64,000 bases of DNA from Escherichia coli (GCF_001677475.2 NZ_CP015229.1); one strand, 5' to 3'; numbered from the stretch's first letter, positions 10,596 through 21,399 are shown. Notes: a model not told the origin generated them from the sequence alone. Numbers and translations are program-made.

Positions 10596-11048
10596 TTAAT
10601 GCAGCCAATGAACGCCCTCGGCAGGCTGAAAGAACGCGTTATAGCGCATCTGAAAAGCATTAATATCCTGCATTTCAGGTTCGGTTTCGCGCAGAAAACC
10701 CAGCGCCAGCCTGACCTGAGCATCGGTAATCGGCGCGGCAAGGCGGGCTTTTTGTAAAATCCGATGCCATTGCAGCAGGTTCTGTTCGCTACCATCGACA
10801 ATGACAATTTGCCAGATGAGCAACACCTGCGCGGCGTTTTGCAGGTGCGACTCATCCGGGCGATGCAAATAACGTAAAAATTCGTCACCGGCTGACTTTC
10901 CCATTTGATCGACCATCGACTCCACGGGTACGACATCGATGTTCAGCCGATCGCTGAGACGGCGAATCGCTTTTCTGGCCCCGGATGTCAGCACCCGAAA
11001 ACCAATCACAAACACTACCGCCAGCGTGGCGAGCATTATCCAGATCAT
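10596..11048 (-). CDS. yicN: DUF1198-family small membrane-anchored protein YicN (copy 1)
   Basis: 150-aa product from MIWIMLATLAVVF; N-terminal TM helix; position between nepI and adeQ. Confidence 0.75.
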   Translation of the reverse strand: MIWIMLATLAVVFVIGFRVLTSGARKAIRRLSDRLNIDVVPVESMVDQMGKSAGDEFLRYLHRPDESHLQNAAQVLLIWQIVIVDGSEQNLLQWHRILQKARLAAPITDAQVRLALGFLRETEPEMQDINAFQMRYNAFFQPAEGVHWLH

Positions 11049-11100
11049 GAGTTCTCCTGCGTAATCAGAACTCATGATATCTGGAAACCCTCGCCAGTTA

Positions 11101-12435
11101 CTAATCCACCAGAATAATCTTCAGTGCAAACAGAGCTGCGACCACCACCACACACAGGTTCAGATCGCGCCAGCGCCCGGTGCATACTTTCATGATGCAG
11201 TACGACATAAAGCCGAGTGCAATCCCTTCGGTGATCGAAAAAGTAAAGGGCATCATCACCGTGGTAATAAATGCGGGCACCGATTCGGTAAAATCATCCC
11301 AGTTAACGCGCGCCAGGCTCGAAGTCATCAGCACGCCAACAAAGATTAACGCTCCAGCGGTTGCGTAAGGAGGAACCATCGCCACCAGCGGTGAGAAGAA
11401 CATAACCAACAGGAACATAACGCCAACCACAACCGCAGTCAGCCCCGTGCGACCACCGACTGCCACACCAGAAGTACTTTCAATATAGGCAGTAACAGAC
11501 GAGGTGCCGATAAACGCACCCGCCACCGAACTGACGCTATCAACATATAGCGCCTTATTCATATTGGGGAATTTACCGTTACTATCTATTAAGCCAGCTT
11601 TATCAGTTACACCAATTAATGTTCCTGATGAATCAAATAGGTTGATCAGCATAAAGGAGAAAATGATACCGGCGAGTTCAAGTGTTAACGCGCCGCTCAA
11701 ATCTACTTCACCAATGACGCCGCTAATATCAGGCGGAATGGAATAGACGCCGCTAAAATGAACATCACCGAAAAATAATCCGCAGCAGGAAGTGACGACG
11801 ATGGAAACCAGCACCGCGGCATGAAAATGACGTGATGACAATACGGTTATAATAAAAAAACCTAATATACCTAATAACACGCCGTGAGAGCTTAAATCGC
11901 CAATCATCACCAGGGTGTCTTTATTGGCGACAATAACGCCAGTGTTTTTTAATCCCATTAAGGCAATAAATAATCCGATTCCACTGGTGATACCAATACG
12001 TAAACTTAAGGGAATGTTGGAGATCATCCAGTACCGGATACGAAACAGCGTGAGCAAAAATAGCCCAATTGCGCCCCAGAATATCGCGCCCATCCCGGTC
12101 TGCCAGGAGATACCCATCGCCCCCACGACCACGAACGCAAAGAAGGCGTTCAGCCCCATTGCCGGAGCCAGCGCCACGGGTAAGTTAGCAAATATCCCCA
12201 TCGCAATACTGCCGATACCGGCAATCAAACAGGTGGTAACAAACACCACTTTCGGGTCCATTTGTGCCGCGCCGAGGATTTGCGGGTTCACAAAAACGAT
12301 GTACACCATGGTTAAAAAAGTGGTCATCCCCGCAATCAATTCTGTGCGGACGGTGGTCCCATGCTGAGGTAGTTTAAATAATCGCGAAAGCGTCCCTGAT
12401 TCATTACTCACGTAATCGGTATTGTCATTATTCAT
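11101..12435 (-). CDS. adeQ: Adenine permease (NCS2/AzgA family)
   Basis: 444-aa polytopic transporter; start at MNNDNTDYVSNESG inside the longer ORF; divergent from adeD. Confidence 0.85.
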   Translation of the reverse strand: MNNDNTDYVSNESGTLSRLFKLPQHGTTVRTELIAGMTTFLTMVYIVFVNPQILGAAQMDPKVVFVTTCLIAGIGSIAMGIFANLPVALAPAMGLNAFFAFVVVGAMGISWQTGMGAIFWGAIGLFLLTLFRIRYWMISNIPLSLRIGITSGIGLFIALMGLKNTGVIVANKDTLVMIGDLSSHGVLLGILGFFIITVLSSRHFHAAVLVSIVVTSCCGLFFGDVHFSGVYSIPPDISGVIGEVDLSGALTLELAGIIFSFMLINLFDSSGTLIGVTDKAGLIDSNGKFPNMNKALYVDSVSSVAGAFIGTSSVTAYIESTSGVAVGGRTGLTAVVVGVMFLLVMFFSPLVAMVPPYATAGALIFVGVLMTSSLARVNWDDFTESVPAFITTVMMPFTFSITEGIALGFMSYCIMKVCTGRWRDLNLCVVVVAALFALKIILVD

Positions 12436-12609
12436 TTTTTTGTCCATTGGAGGAGATTTAATCCCTTGCTTTTGTAAAACAAATGACAACAACGGTTCAG
12501 TGATAATTATCACATTTCAATTGCGCATTAATGGATATTCTTTAATAATCTCGCGACGTTTCTTTATGATAAATAATAATCAAATTGATAAAATCAAAAT
12601 GAGAAAAAT

Positions 12610-14376
12610 ATGAATAATTCTATTAACCATAAATTTCATCACATTAGCCGGGCTGAATACCAGGAATTGTTAGCCGTTTCCCGTGGCGACGCTGTTGCCG
12701 ATTATATTATTGATAATGTCTCTATTCTCGACCTGATCAATGGCGGAGAAATTTCCGGCCCAATTGTGATTAAAGGACGTTACATTGCCGGTGTTGGCGC
12801 AGAATACACTGATGCTCCGGCTTTGCAGCGGATTGATGCCCGCGGCGCAACGGCGGTGCCAGGGTTTATTGATGCTCACCTGCATATTGAATCCAGCATG
12901 ATGACGCCGGTCACCTTTGAAACCGCTACCCTGCCGCGCGGCCTGACGACCGTTATTTGCGACCCTCATGAAATCGTCAACGTGATGGGCGAAGCCGGAT
13001 TCGCCTGGTTTGCCCGCTGTGCCGAACAGGCAAGGCAAAACCAGTACTTACAGGTCAGCTCTTGCGTACCCGCCCTGGAAGGCTGCGATGTTAACGGTGC
13101 CAGTTTTACCCTTGAACAGATGCTCGCCTGGCGGGACCATCCGCAGGTTACCGGCCTTGCAGAAATGATGGACTACCCTGGCGTAATTAGCGGGCAGAAT
13201 GCGCTGCTCGATAAACTGGATGCATTTCGCCACCTGACGCTGGACGGTCACTGCCCGGGTTTGGGTGGTAAAGAACTTAACGCCTATATTGCTGCGGGTA
13301 TTGAAAACTGCCACGAAAGTTATCAGCTGGAAGAAGGACGCCGGAAATTACAACTCGGTATGTCGTTGATGATCCGCGAAGGGTCCGCTGCCCGCAATCT
13401 CAACGCTCTGGCACCGTTGATCAACGAATTTAACAGCCCGCAATGCATGCTCTGTACCGATGACCGTAACCCGTGGGAGATCGCCCATGAAGGACACATC
13501 GATGCCTTAATTCGCCGCCTGATCGAACAACACAATGTGCCGCTGCATGTGGCATATCGCGTCGCCAGCTGGTCGACGGCGCGCCATTTTGGTCTGAATC
13601 ACCTCGGCTTACTGGCACCCGGCAAGCAGGCCGATATCGTCCTGTTGAGCGATGCGCGTAAGGTCACGGTGCAGCAGGTACTGGTGAAAGGCGAGCCGAT
13701 TGATGCGCAAACCTTACAGGCGGAAGAGTCGGCGAGACTGGCACAATCCGCTCCGCCGTATGGCAATACCATTGCCCGCCAGCCCGTTTCCGCCAGCGAC
13801 TTTGCCCTGCAATTCACGCCCGGAAAACGCTATCGGGTCATTGACGTCATCCATAACGAATTGATTACGCACTCCCGCTCCAGCGTCTATAGCGAAAATG
13901 GTTTTGATCGCGATGATGTGTGCTTTATTGCCGTACTTGAGCGTTACGGGCAACGGCTGGCTCCGGCCTGTGGTTTGCTCGGCGGCTTTGGCCTGAATGA
14001 AGGTGCGCTGGCTGCGACGGTCAGCCATGACAGCCATAATATTGTGGTGATCGGTCGCAGTGCGGAAGAGATGGCGCTGGCGGTCAATCAGGTGATTCAG
14101 GATGGCGGCGGGCTGTGCGTGGTACGTAACGGCCAGGTACAAAGTCATCTGCCGTTACCAATTGCAGGGCTGATGAGCACCGACACGGCGCAGTCGCTGG
14201 CGGAGCAAATTGACGCCTTGAAAGCCGCCGCCCGTGAATGCGGTCCGTTACCCGATGAGCCGTTTATTCAGATGGCGTTTCTTTCCCTGCCAGTGATCCC
14301 CGCGCTGAAACTAACCAGCCAGGGGCTGTTTGATGGCGAGAAGTTTGCCTTCACCACGCTGGAAGTCACGGAATGA
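12610..14376 (+). CDS. adeD: Adenine deaminase
   Basis: 588-aa amidohydrolase with metal-binding HxH motif ([13 protein letters not shown]). Confidence 0.9.
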   Translation: MNNSINHKFHHISRAEYQELLAVSRGDAVADYIIDNVSILDLINGGEISGPIVIKGRYIAGVGAEYTDAPALQRIDARGATAVPGFIDAHLHIESSMMTPVTFETATLPRGLTTVICDPHEIVNVMGEAGFAWFARCAEQARQNQYLQVSSCVPALEGCDVNGASFTLEQMLAWRDHPQVTGLAEMMDYPGVISGQNALLDKLDAFRHLTLDGHCPGLGGKELNAYIAAGIENCHESYQLEEGRRKLQLGMSLMIREGSAARNLNALAPLINEFNSPQCMLCTDDRNPWEIAHEGHIDALIRRLIEQHNVPLHVAYRVASWSTARHFGLNHLGLLAPGKQADIVLLSDARKVTVQQVLVKGEPIDAQTLQAEESARLAQSAPPYGNTIARQPVSASDFALQFTPGKRYRVIDVIHNELITHSRSSVYSENGFDRDDVCFIAVLERYGQRLAPACGLLGGFGLNEGALAATVSHDSHNIVVIGRSAEEMALAVNQVIQDGGGLCVVRNGQVQSHLPLPIAGLMSTDTAQSLAEQIDALKAAARECGPLPDEPFIQMAFLSLPVIPALKLTSQGLFDGEKFAFTTLEVTE

Positions 14377-14568
14377 AAAAAAGACCGTATTAGCTGATTT
14401 ACGGAAAATATGTACTCCACAAGCGTCAATATCAGACGAGGCCTGGGAAAAGATGATGTTGTCTGATGAAAGTAATCAGCAGCACATCCGTGAGGCTATT
14501 GTGGCGATGGAACGCAATAACCAGAAAAATTACTGGGAAGCGTTAGGCAAGGTTGAATGCCCGGATAT

Positions 14569-14598
14569 GTAGACGTGAAGCCGCAGCTTCACGTCTAC
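14569..14598. terminator. Perfect 13-bp stem / 4-nt loop palindrome between convergent adeD-side and LacI-family genes
   Basis: gtagacgtgaagc-cgca-gcttcacgtctac; no strong U-tract, so terminator function is uncertain. Confidence 0.35.
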
Positions 14599-14607
14599 AT
14601 TTAGCAC

Positions 14608-15567
14608 TTAACGTGAACGTATATCGGGAATAATTAAATCACCACGCAGAACATATGAACCCAGCATCGTCTGTGTCTTCTCGTTAAGCCAACTGACTAT
14701 CCGGGCGGCCATTTCGTCCAGCGAATACTCTATCGCCGGAATGGTCGGTATCCCCGGAAGATGAACAGTACCCGCCAGACTAAATACCATAATGTCCTCA
14801 GGAACAGATTTATTAAACGCCTGCAATTGCGGTATCACCCGCTGCGCTTGCTGTTCATCAGCAACTAATAACGCATTAAAGTTCAGTGTTGAGGCGTTAT
14901 TTAGCAGCTCCTGCAAAGCCACTGAGGAAGATATTGCTTCCATAAAAACCAGATTACGGTTAAAGGGAAGAAAGTTTTTCTCCAGCGCGTGTTTATAGCC
15001 CAGTAAGACCTGGTCAGAAAATCCCATACCGTGTGGGTGGATGAGGGCGATTTGTCGTCTGTTCTGACTTATCAGATAGTTACAAGCGGTTTCAGTCGCG
15101 AATGTGTGATCGAACTGAATACTGTTAACATCATTACCCGTCTCAAGGCAGTCCACCAGTATCACGTTTTCCTGATGAATATTCAGTGGGAAACGCGCAC
15201 CAATAATCAGTACGTCATCACACAAACCACAGCTCAGCTCATCAAGGGCGTTCTTTACCTCGGCTTTATTGCTGGCGAAGCGAAGAAGTAGATGTTTTTG
15301 ATGCTGGCTGAGATGTTTTTCCAGAGCGTAAAGATAACCGGTGGTCTGATTAATGTTTTCCTGAGCACAAATTACACCGATACAGCCCGTAGATTGCGTC
15401 AGCAGTGACTGCGCAATGACATTGGGACGATAGTTTAGCTCTTCGACGGCTTTCAATACCGCGAGACGGCTGGCTTCTTTAACACCACGCGATCCGCTCA
15501 ACACCCGAGAAACCGTCGCTTTTGAAACGCCAGCCAAACGCGATACATCATTGATAGTAGACATCAT
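14608..15567 (-). CDS. LacI-family transcriptional regulator (probable repressor of the adjacent beta-glucoside PTS operon)
   Basis: N-terminal HTH MSTINDVSRLAGVSKATVSRVLSG; periplasmic-binding-protein-like effector domain; divergent from the PTS operon. Confidence 0.8.
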   Translation of the reverse strand: MMSTINDVSRLAGVSKATVSRVLSGSRGVKEASRLAVLKAVEELNYRPNVIAQSLLTQSTGCIGVICAQENINQTTGYLYALEKHLSQHQKHLLLRFASNKAEVKNALDELSCGLCDDVLIIGARFPLNIHQENVILVDCLETGNDVNSIQFDHTFATETACNYLISQNRRQIALIHPHGMGFSDQVLLGYKHALEKNFLPFNRNLVFMEAISSSVALQELLNNASTLNFNALLVADEQQAQRVIPQLQAFNKSVPEDIMVFSLAGTVHLPGIPTIPAIEYSLDEMAARIVSWLNEKTQTMLGSYVLRGDLIIPDIRSR

Positions 15568-15855
15568 TCTCCCCTGACAGAGCGGCCCTGGCTCCCACAA
15601 TCCTGAATTCCTGTTGGCTTAAATATTAGCCATTCGCAGTATAACTGTTTCCGTTTTTTAATGGAAACCGATTTTCCATGACACCTCAAAACTGAGCTAA
15701 TAATGATAAAGATGTGAACAGAATCGAAATATTAACGCGACTTTATAGCGAAATCGGATAGCCGTCACAGTTTGTGTTTCCATGAATGGAAACCGGTTTC
15801 CAAATGATATCAAATCAATTGCGAAATAGATTTTTACATTCAGAGGATGTGTCAG

Positions 15856-16170
15856 ATGGTCAGGATTATGTTGTGTTGCTCTGCGGGGATGTCAACCAGT
15901 CTGCTGGTGAAAAAAATGGTCGAGGCCGCAGAAAGCAGAGAGCTACCGGTAGAGATAGATGCCTACGGAGTTTCCGAATTTGATATTCAGTTTCCAAAAT
16001 ATCAGGTGGTGCTACTCGGACCGCAGGTAAAGTATATGTTAAACATGCTCGCAGAAAAGGCCGCCCCCCAGGGAATACCCGTAAAAGCCATTGATATGGC
16101 GGACTACGGAATGCAACGGGGTGACAAGGTGCTGGATTACGCTCTGTCGCTCATTGCAGCGACACATTAG
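15856..16170 (+). CDS. PTS EIIB component, lactose/cellobiose family
   Basis: MVRIMLCCSAGMSTSLLV with active-site Cys motif; GAGGA RBS about 8 nt upstream. Confidence 0.8.
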   Translation: MVRIMLCCSAGMSTSLLVKKMVEAAESRELPVEIDAYGVSEFDIQFPKYQVVLLGPQVKYMLNMLAEKAAPQGIPVKAIDMADYGMQRGDKVLDYALSLIAATH

Positions 16171-16182
16171 AAAGGTGTCATT

Positions 16183-17514
16183 ATGAGTTCGTTATATCAA
16201 TCAATGGTTGCCGTTATTGAACAATCCATCACACCGCTTGCCGGGAAGCTGGGGCAGCAAAAATATGTGATTGCCATCCGGGACGGTTTTACTGCCGCTC
16301 TACCGTTTATGATCATCGGTTCGTTTATGCTGGTGTTCATTTTCCCACCGTTTTCGGCTGAAACAACCAACAGTTTTGCCCGAGGCTGGCTGGATTTCTC
16401 CGCCACCTACCGTGAACAGCTAATGTTGCCATTTAACCTCAGTATGGGAGTGATGACTTTCTTCATCTCAGTAGGAATCGGTGCCAGCCTTGGGCGACAG
16501 TTTAATCTCGATCCGATTATGTCTGGCTTGCTGGCATTTATGGCATTTTTACTGGTCGCAGCGCCTTACGCTGACGGCAAGATATCGACTCAATATCTTT
16601 CCGGGCAAGGTATTTTCACGTCGCTGATTACTGCGATTTATGCCACTCGTGTGTACGCCTGGTTAAAACAACACAACGTGACAATCCGCTTACCCAAAGA
16701 AGTCCCTACTGGGGTGGCGCGTTCCTTTGAGATCCTTATCCCGGTTCTGGTGGTCATTGCTACGCTACACCCACTGAATCTGTTTATTGAGGCCCAGACT
16801 GGAATGATTATTCCTGAGGCGATCATGCATCTTTTAGCGCCACTGGTCTCTGCCTCTGATTCCCTGCCTGCAATTCTGCTGTCTGTTCTGATGTGTCAGA
16901 TTTTCTGGTTCGCAGGTATTCATGGTTCACTGATTGTAACCGGCATCATGAATCCCTTCTGGATGGCAAACCTGTCGGCAAATCAGGCAGCTCTTGCCGC
17001 TGGCGCAGCACTTCCTCACGTTTATCTGCAAGGTTTTTGGGATCACTACCTGCTGATTGGTGGTGTCGGCTCGACGCTACCGCTGGCGTTCTTGCTGTTA
17101 CGCAGTCGCGTTGCTCACTTGCGCACCATCGGAAAAATGGGCGTTGTCCCCAGTTTTTTCAACATTAATGAGCCTATTCTGTTCGGTGCGCCGATCATCA
17201 TGAATCCGATGTTGTTTATCCCGTTCGTTTTCGTGCCAATTATTAACGCCATCCTGGCCTATACCGCGACCAGACTGGGCTGGCTGGCACAGGTTGTCTC
17301 ATTAACGCCATGGACCACACCTGCTCCAATTGGTGCCTCCTGGGCTGCCAACTGGGCACTTAGCCCGGTAGTGATGTGCATTATCTGTATGGTGATGTCG
17401 GCGCTGATGTACCTCCCATTCTTGCGCGCCTATGAACGCTCATTGCTAAAAAGCGAAGAACAAAAAGCGCAGGATACCGTCTCCGTGGCCAATGCAGCCC
17501 GTAGCAACTCATAA
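16183..17514 (+). CDS. PTS EIIC component, lactose/cellobiose family
   Basis: 443-aa polytopic membrane protein directly following EIIB. Confidence 0.8.
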   Translation: MSSLYQSMVAVIEQSITPLAGKLGQQKYVIAIRDGFTAALPFMIIGSFMLVFIFPPFSAETTNSFARGWLDFSATYREQLMLPFNLSMGVMTFFISVGIGASLGRQFNLDPIMSGLLAFMAFLLVAAPYADGKISTQYLSGQGIFTSLITAIYATRVYAWLKQHNVTIRLPKEVPTGVARSFEILIPVLVVIATLHPLNLFIEAQTGMIIPEAIMHLLAPLVSASDSLPAILLSVLMCQIFWFAGIHGSLIVTGIMNPFWMANLSANQAALAAGAALPHVYLQGFWDHYLLIGGVGSTLPLAFLLLRSRVAHLRTIGKMGVVPSFFNINEPILFGAPIIMNPMLFIPFVFVPIINAILAYTATRLGWLAQVVSLTPWTTPAPIGASWAANWALSPVVMCIICMVMSALMYLPFLRAYERSLLKSEEQKAQDTVSVANAARSNS

Positions 17515-17534
17515 TGAATCAAGGAGTAAGAACA

Positions 17535-18932
17535 ATGAGATACCGTTTTCCCGACAACTTCTGGTGGGGTAGTGCCTGCTCTGCGCTGCAAACCGAAGGG
17601 GATAGTCTGAACGGCGGCAAAAGCCAAACCACCTGGGATGTATGGTTCGAGCGCCAGCCAGGCCGCTTCCATCAAGGTATTGGCCCGGCGAACACATCAA
17701 CCTTTTATCAACACTGGCAACAAGATATTGCCCTGCTGAAACAGTTAAAACATAACAGTTTTCGCACCTCGTTAAGCTGGTCTCGCCTGATACCAGACGG
17801 TACTGGTGACGTAAATCCTGAAGCGGTGGCGTTCTATAACAATGTCATCGACGAGCTGCTGGCGCAGGGCATCACACCGTTTATCACCTTGTTCCACTTT
17901 GATATGCCGATGGTGATGCAGGAAAAAGGTGGCTGGGAGAGTCGTGAAGTCGTAGAAGCTTTTGGTGAATATGCCCGTACCTGCTTTGAACTGTTCGGCA
18001 ACAGAGTGAAGCACTGGTTTACCTTTAACGAACCGATTGTGCCGGTAGAGGGCGGTTATTTATATGACTTCCACTATCCGAACGTTGTTGATTTTAAACG
18101 TGCTGCGACAGTGGCTTACCATACCGTTCTTGCGCACGCCACGGCAGTTCGGGCATTTCGCCGCGGTAATTTCGAAGGTGAAATTGGCGTGGTGCTCAAC
18201 CTGACGCCTTCTTATCCGCGCTCGCAAAATCCGGCTGATGTTAAAGCCGCACACTGCGCTGACCTTCTGTTTAACCGCAGCTTCCTCGATCCGGTGCTAA
18301 AAGGAGAATACCCGGCAGACCTTGTAGCATTACTGAAAGAGTACGATCAGTTGCCGCAATGCCAGCCTGACGATAGTCAGCTAATCGCCGACGGAAAAAT
18401 CGACCTGCTGGGGATAAATTATTATCAACCCCGTCGAGTTAAATGCCGGGATAGCGCCGTAAACCCCAATGCTCCCTTTATGCCGGAGTGGTTATTTGAC
18501 TATTACGAGATGCCTGGGCGAAAAATGAATCCTTATCGGGGATGGGAAATTTATGAACCCGGTATTTACGATATCATCACCAATCTTCGCGATAATTATG
18601 GTAATCCTCGTTGTTTTATTTCTGAAAATGGGATGGGTGTAGAAAACGAGCAACGTTTTATTCAGGAAGGGCAAGTCAACGATAGCTATCGTATTGAATT
18701 TGTCGCTGAACATTTAAAATGGCTGCATAAAGGAATTAGCGAAGGGTGTAATTGCCTTGGCTATCATATGTGGACGTTTATCGATAACTGGTCATGGCTT
18801 AATGCTTATAAAAATCGCTATGGATTTGTTCAGCTTGATCTGGAAACGCAAACACGCACGATTAAAAAAAGTGGTGAGTGGTTTGCGACAGTTGCAGAAA
18901 ATAACGGTTTTGATTGCGAGAAACAAAAATGA
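17535..18932 (+). CDS. 6-phospho-beta-glucosidase (glycoside hydrolase family 1)
   Basis: FPDNFWWGSACSALQTEGD, TFNEP and ENG motifs typical of GH1; AAGGAG RBS 8 nt upstream of ATG at 17535. Confidence 0.85.
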   Translation: MRYRFPDNFWWGSACSALQTEGDSLNGGKSQTTWDVWFERQPGRFHQGIGPANTSTFYQHWQQDIALLKQLKHNSFRTSLSWSRLIPDGTGDVNPEAVAFYNNVIDELLAQGITPFITLFHFDMPMVMQEKGGWESREVVEAFGEYARTCFELFGNRVKHWFTFNEPIVPVEGGYLYDFHYPNVVDFKRAATVAYHTVLAHATAVRAFRRGNFEGEIGVVLNLTPSYPRSQNPADVKAAHCADLLFNRSFLDPVLKGEYPADLVALLKEYDQLPQCQPDDSQLIADGKIDLLGINYYQPRRVKCRDSAVNPNAPFMPEWLFDYYEMPGRKMNPYRGWEIYEPGIYDIITNLRDNYGNPRCFISENGMGVENEQRFIQEGQVNDSYRIEFVAEHLKWLHKGISEGCNCLGYHMWTFIDNWSWLNAYKNRYGFVQLDLETQTRTIKKSGEWFATVAENNGFDCEKQK

Positions 18933-19231
18933 TCGAACTAGAAGATGCTGTTATGGAAATAATCGTCAATGCCGGCCAGTCACGCAGCCTCTGTTTTGAA
19001 GCGTTACACGCGGCACGTGCCGGGAACTTTGATGAAGCCAAACAGCTGCTACATGAAGCTGACGGTTATTCGCGTCAGGCTCACCATATGCAAACCAAAT
19101 TGATCGAACAGGATGCTGGTGAGGCCCGTCAGCCAATGACATTAATTATGGTACATGCACAGGATCATTTAATGACATCGATGCTGGCACGAGAATTAGC
19201 AGAAGAAATAATTCATCTTTATCAAAGATAA
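18929..19231 (+). CDS. PTS EIIA component, lactose/cellobiose family
   Basis: ~100-aa helical protein; ATGA start/stop overlap with the GH1 gene. Confidence 0.7.
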   Translation: MIELEDAVMEIIVNAGQSRSLCFEALHAARAGNFDEAKQLLHEADGYSRQAHHMQTKLIEQDAGEARQPMTLIMVHAQDHLMTSMLARELAEEIIHLYQR

Positions 19232-19432
19232 TTAATTAATGCTTAGTGAGGAACATCTATTTGATAAAATAAAACCCCTGCTTTACCCAAGAATAAAATA
19301 GATAAACCACCCTGTTTCGGCAGTTAAAAACAAACCGAAACAGGCTGCTTATTATCATAAAACAAATTAATACACACCTTATATTTATTATGCCTAACGC
19401 ATAATGAATTATAACGTGTGCGTGAGATAATT

Positions 19433-20812
19433 ATGAAAAAGATAAATACACTTCCAGTTACCCTAGCGGTTATTGCCGCTTTGTACTCAATATCTGCCCA
19501 AGCTCAGGAATTTACTCAGGAACAAATAGACGCCATTGTGGCAAAAGCCGTCGATAAAGCATTAGCCGAAAGGCAAGAAAAAATGGATGCCGCGGCAGCG
19601 AAAAAAGTGGATGTTATTAACGAACCGGAAAGTGCTGCGCAGTCTCCGGATATGGCAATTCCCTTTGGCGTAAAATTTAGTGGTTATGCCCGTTATGGGG
19701 CTCACTTTCAAAGCGGCGATCAAAAATATGTTGCTGTAGACGGCTCCTATAATGGTGCATCTGCAATTGGTCGTCTGGGGAACGAAGGTAACGGCGGAGA
19801 GTTTCAGTTATCAAAAGCCTTCAAGAGCGATAACGGCGCAATCTGGGATGTCAATGTCATGATTGATCACTGGGGCGACGAAGTTAACCTGAAAAAAGCC
19901 TACGCTGGTGTCACCAATGTTTTGGCATCCAATCCTGACGCCTATATCTGGGCTGGTCGTGACTTCCACCAGCGCCCGCAACAGGGCATTAATGACTACT
20001 TCTGGATGACTCACGATGGTCAGGGTGCCGGGGTGAAAAATTTCGACATTGGTGGCATCAAGTTTGACCTTGCTACTGTCGCAGCGGTTGAATCCTGTAA
20101 TCCTGAAGTGATGGAGGATGAGACCAATCCGTCACGCATTACCTGTACTGGCGGGTCAGGAACGGGCGACAAAGGCAATTATGCGGTAACGTCCAAAATC
20201 CATGGTATGAAACTGGGGCCACTGGATCTTGAGTTGTACGCTAACTACGGCTTCGACTCAAAAGCGGTCGAAGGTGAAGACAAACTGAAAGCCTGGCAGG
20301 GGGCATTTGTTGTAAGCCATAGCAATGACAGCGGAGTGAATAAAGTCATTGCCCGCTACTCTGATAATTCCGATAACAGTGTTTACAATAAAACTGACGA
20401 TCTCACGACAATTTACGCCAGTTTTGAAGGTAGTCATAAATTTACCCAGCAGGCGCAAATCGAGTATTTACTGGCCTTCCATGATTACGACAACAGTTCT
20501 ATTAAGAGTGATAACCGCAAAAACTATGGCGTAATTGTCCGTCCTATGTATTTCTGGAATGACGTTCACTCCACCTGGCTTGAGGCGGGTTATCAACGGG
20601 TTGATTATGATAAAGGCGGAGATAATTCCGGCTGGAAGCTGACGCTGTCACAGAACATTTCTATTGCGATGGGCCCGGAATTCCGCCCAATGCTACGTTT
20701 CTACATGACGGGCGGGCAAGTTGATAATGACCGGACTGCACGCGTCAACGGTACAAAAGAGGAAACGCTTGACGACTTTAACCTTGGCGCGATGTGGGAA
20801 GCCTGGTTCTGA
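19433..20812 (+). CDS. Carbohydrate-specific outer-membrane porin (LamB/BglH-like)
   Basis: Signal peptide MKKINTLPVTLAVIAALYSISAQA; beta-barrel-like sequence ending in aromatic WEAWF. Confidence 0.7.
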   Translation: MKKINTLPVTLAVIAALYSISAQAQEFTQEQIDAIVAKAVDKALAERQEKMDAAAAKKVDVINEPESAAQSPDMAIPFGVKFSGYARYGAHFQSGDQKYVAVDGSYNGASAIGRLGNEGNGGEFQLSKAFKSDNGAIWDVNVMIDHWGDEVNLKKAYAGVTNVLASNPDAYIWAGRDFHQRPQQGINDYFWMTHDGQGAGVKNFDIGGIKFDLATVAAVESCNPEVMEDETNPSRITCTGGSGTGDKGNYAVTSKIHGMKLGPLDLELYANYGFDSKAVEGEDKLKAWQGAFVVSHSNDSGVNKVIARYSDNSDNSVYNKTDDLTTIYASFEGSHKFTQQAQIEYLLAFHDYDNSSIKSDNRKNYGVIVRPMYFWNDVHSTWLEAGYQRVDYDKGGDNSGWKLTLSQNISIAMGPEFRPMLRFYMTGGQVDNDRTARVNGTKEETLDDFNLGAMWEAWF

Positions 20813-20830
20813 CAGGCCACTCACATTGAG

Positions 20831-21283
20831 TTAATGCAACCAAAACACGCCTTCTTCTGGCTGGAAGAGGGCGTTATAGCGCATTTGGAAGGCATTAATC
20901 TCCTGCATATCTGGCTCTAACTCACGGAGAAAACCCAGCGCCAGACGGACCTGGGCATCAGTGATCGGCGCAGCAAGACGCGCTTTTTGCAACAACCGAT
21001 GCCAACGTAACAGGTTCTGCTCACTACCATCGACAATCACAATTTGCCAGATAAGTAACACCTGAGCAGCATTTTGCAGATGAGATTCATCCGGGCGATG
21101 CAAATAATACAAAAACTCTTTACCAGGCATTTTACCCATCTGATCGATCATCGATTCTACGGGTACAACATCAATATTAAGTCGTTCGCTTAAACGGCGA
21201 ATCGCCCGTCGGGTGCCTGACGTCAGAACCCGAAAACCAACCACAAACACCACCACGACGGTGGCAAGCATTATCCAGATCAT
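20831..21283 (-). CDS. DUF1198-family protein, second yicN paralogue (copy 2)
   Basis: 150 aa, roughly 85-90% identical by eye to copy 1 at 10596..11048 (about 19 substitutions); similarity extends into the flanks. Confidence 0.75.
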   Translation of the reverse strand: MIWIMLATVVVVFVVGFRVLTSGTRRAIRRLSERLNIDVVPVESMIDQMGKMPGKEFLYYLHRPDESHLQNAAQVLLIWQIVIVDGSEQNLLRWHRLLQKARLAAPITDAQVRLALGFLRELEPDMQEINAFQMRYNALFQPEEGVFWLH

Positions 21284-21355
21284 GCGTTCTCCTGCGCATC
21301 AACTTTTGATGATATCTGGAAAACTCCCCCAGGCGTTAATCTGGTCAAATTGAAT

Positions 21356-21386
21356 AAAAAAAGCCCGGCGTCATGCCGGGCAAAAG
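21356..21386 (-). terminator. Rho-independent terminator downstream of uhpT
   Basis: Hairpin gcccggcatgacgccgggc followed by a T-run on the minus strand. Confidence 0.6.
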
Positions 21387-21399
21387 TCACCAGTTACGT

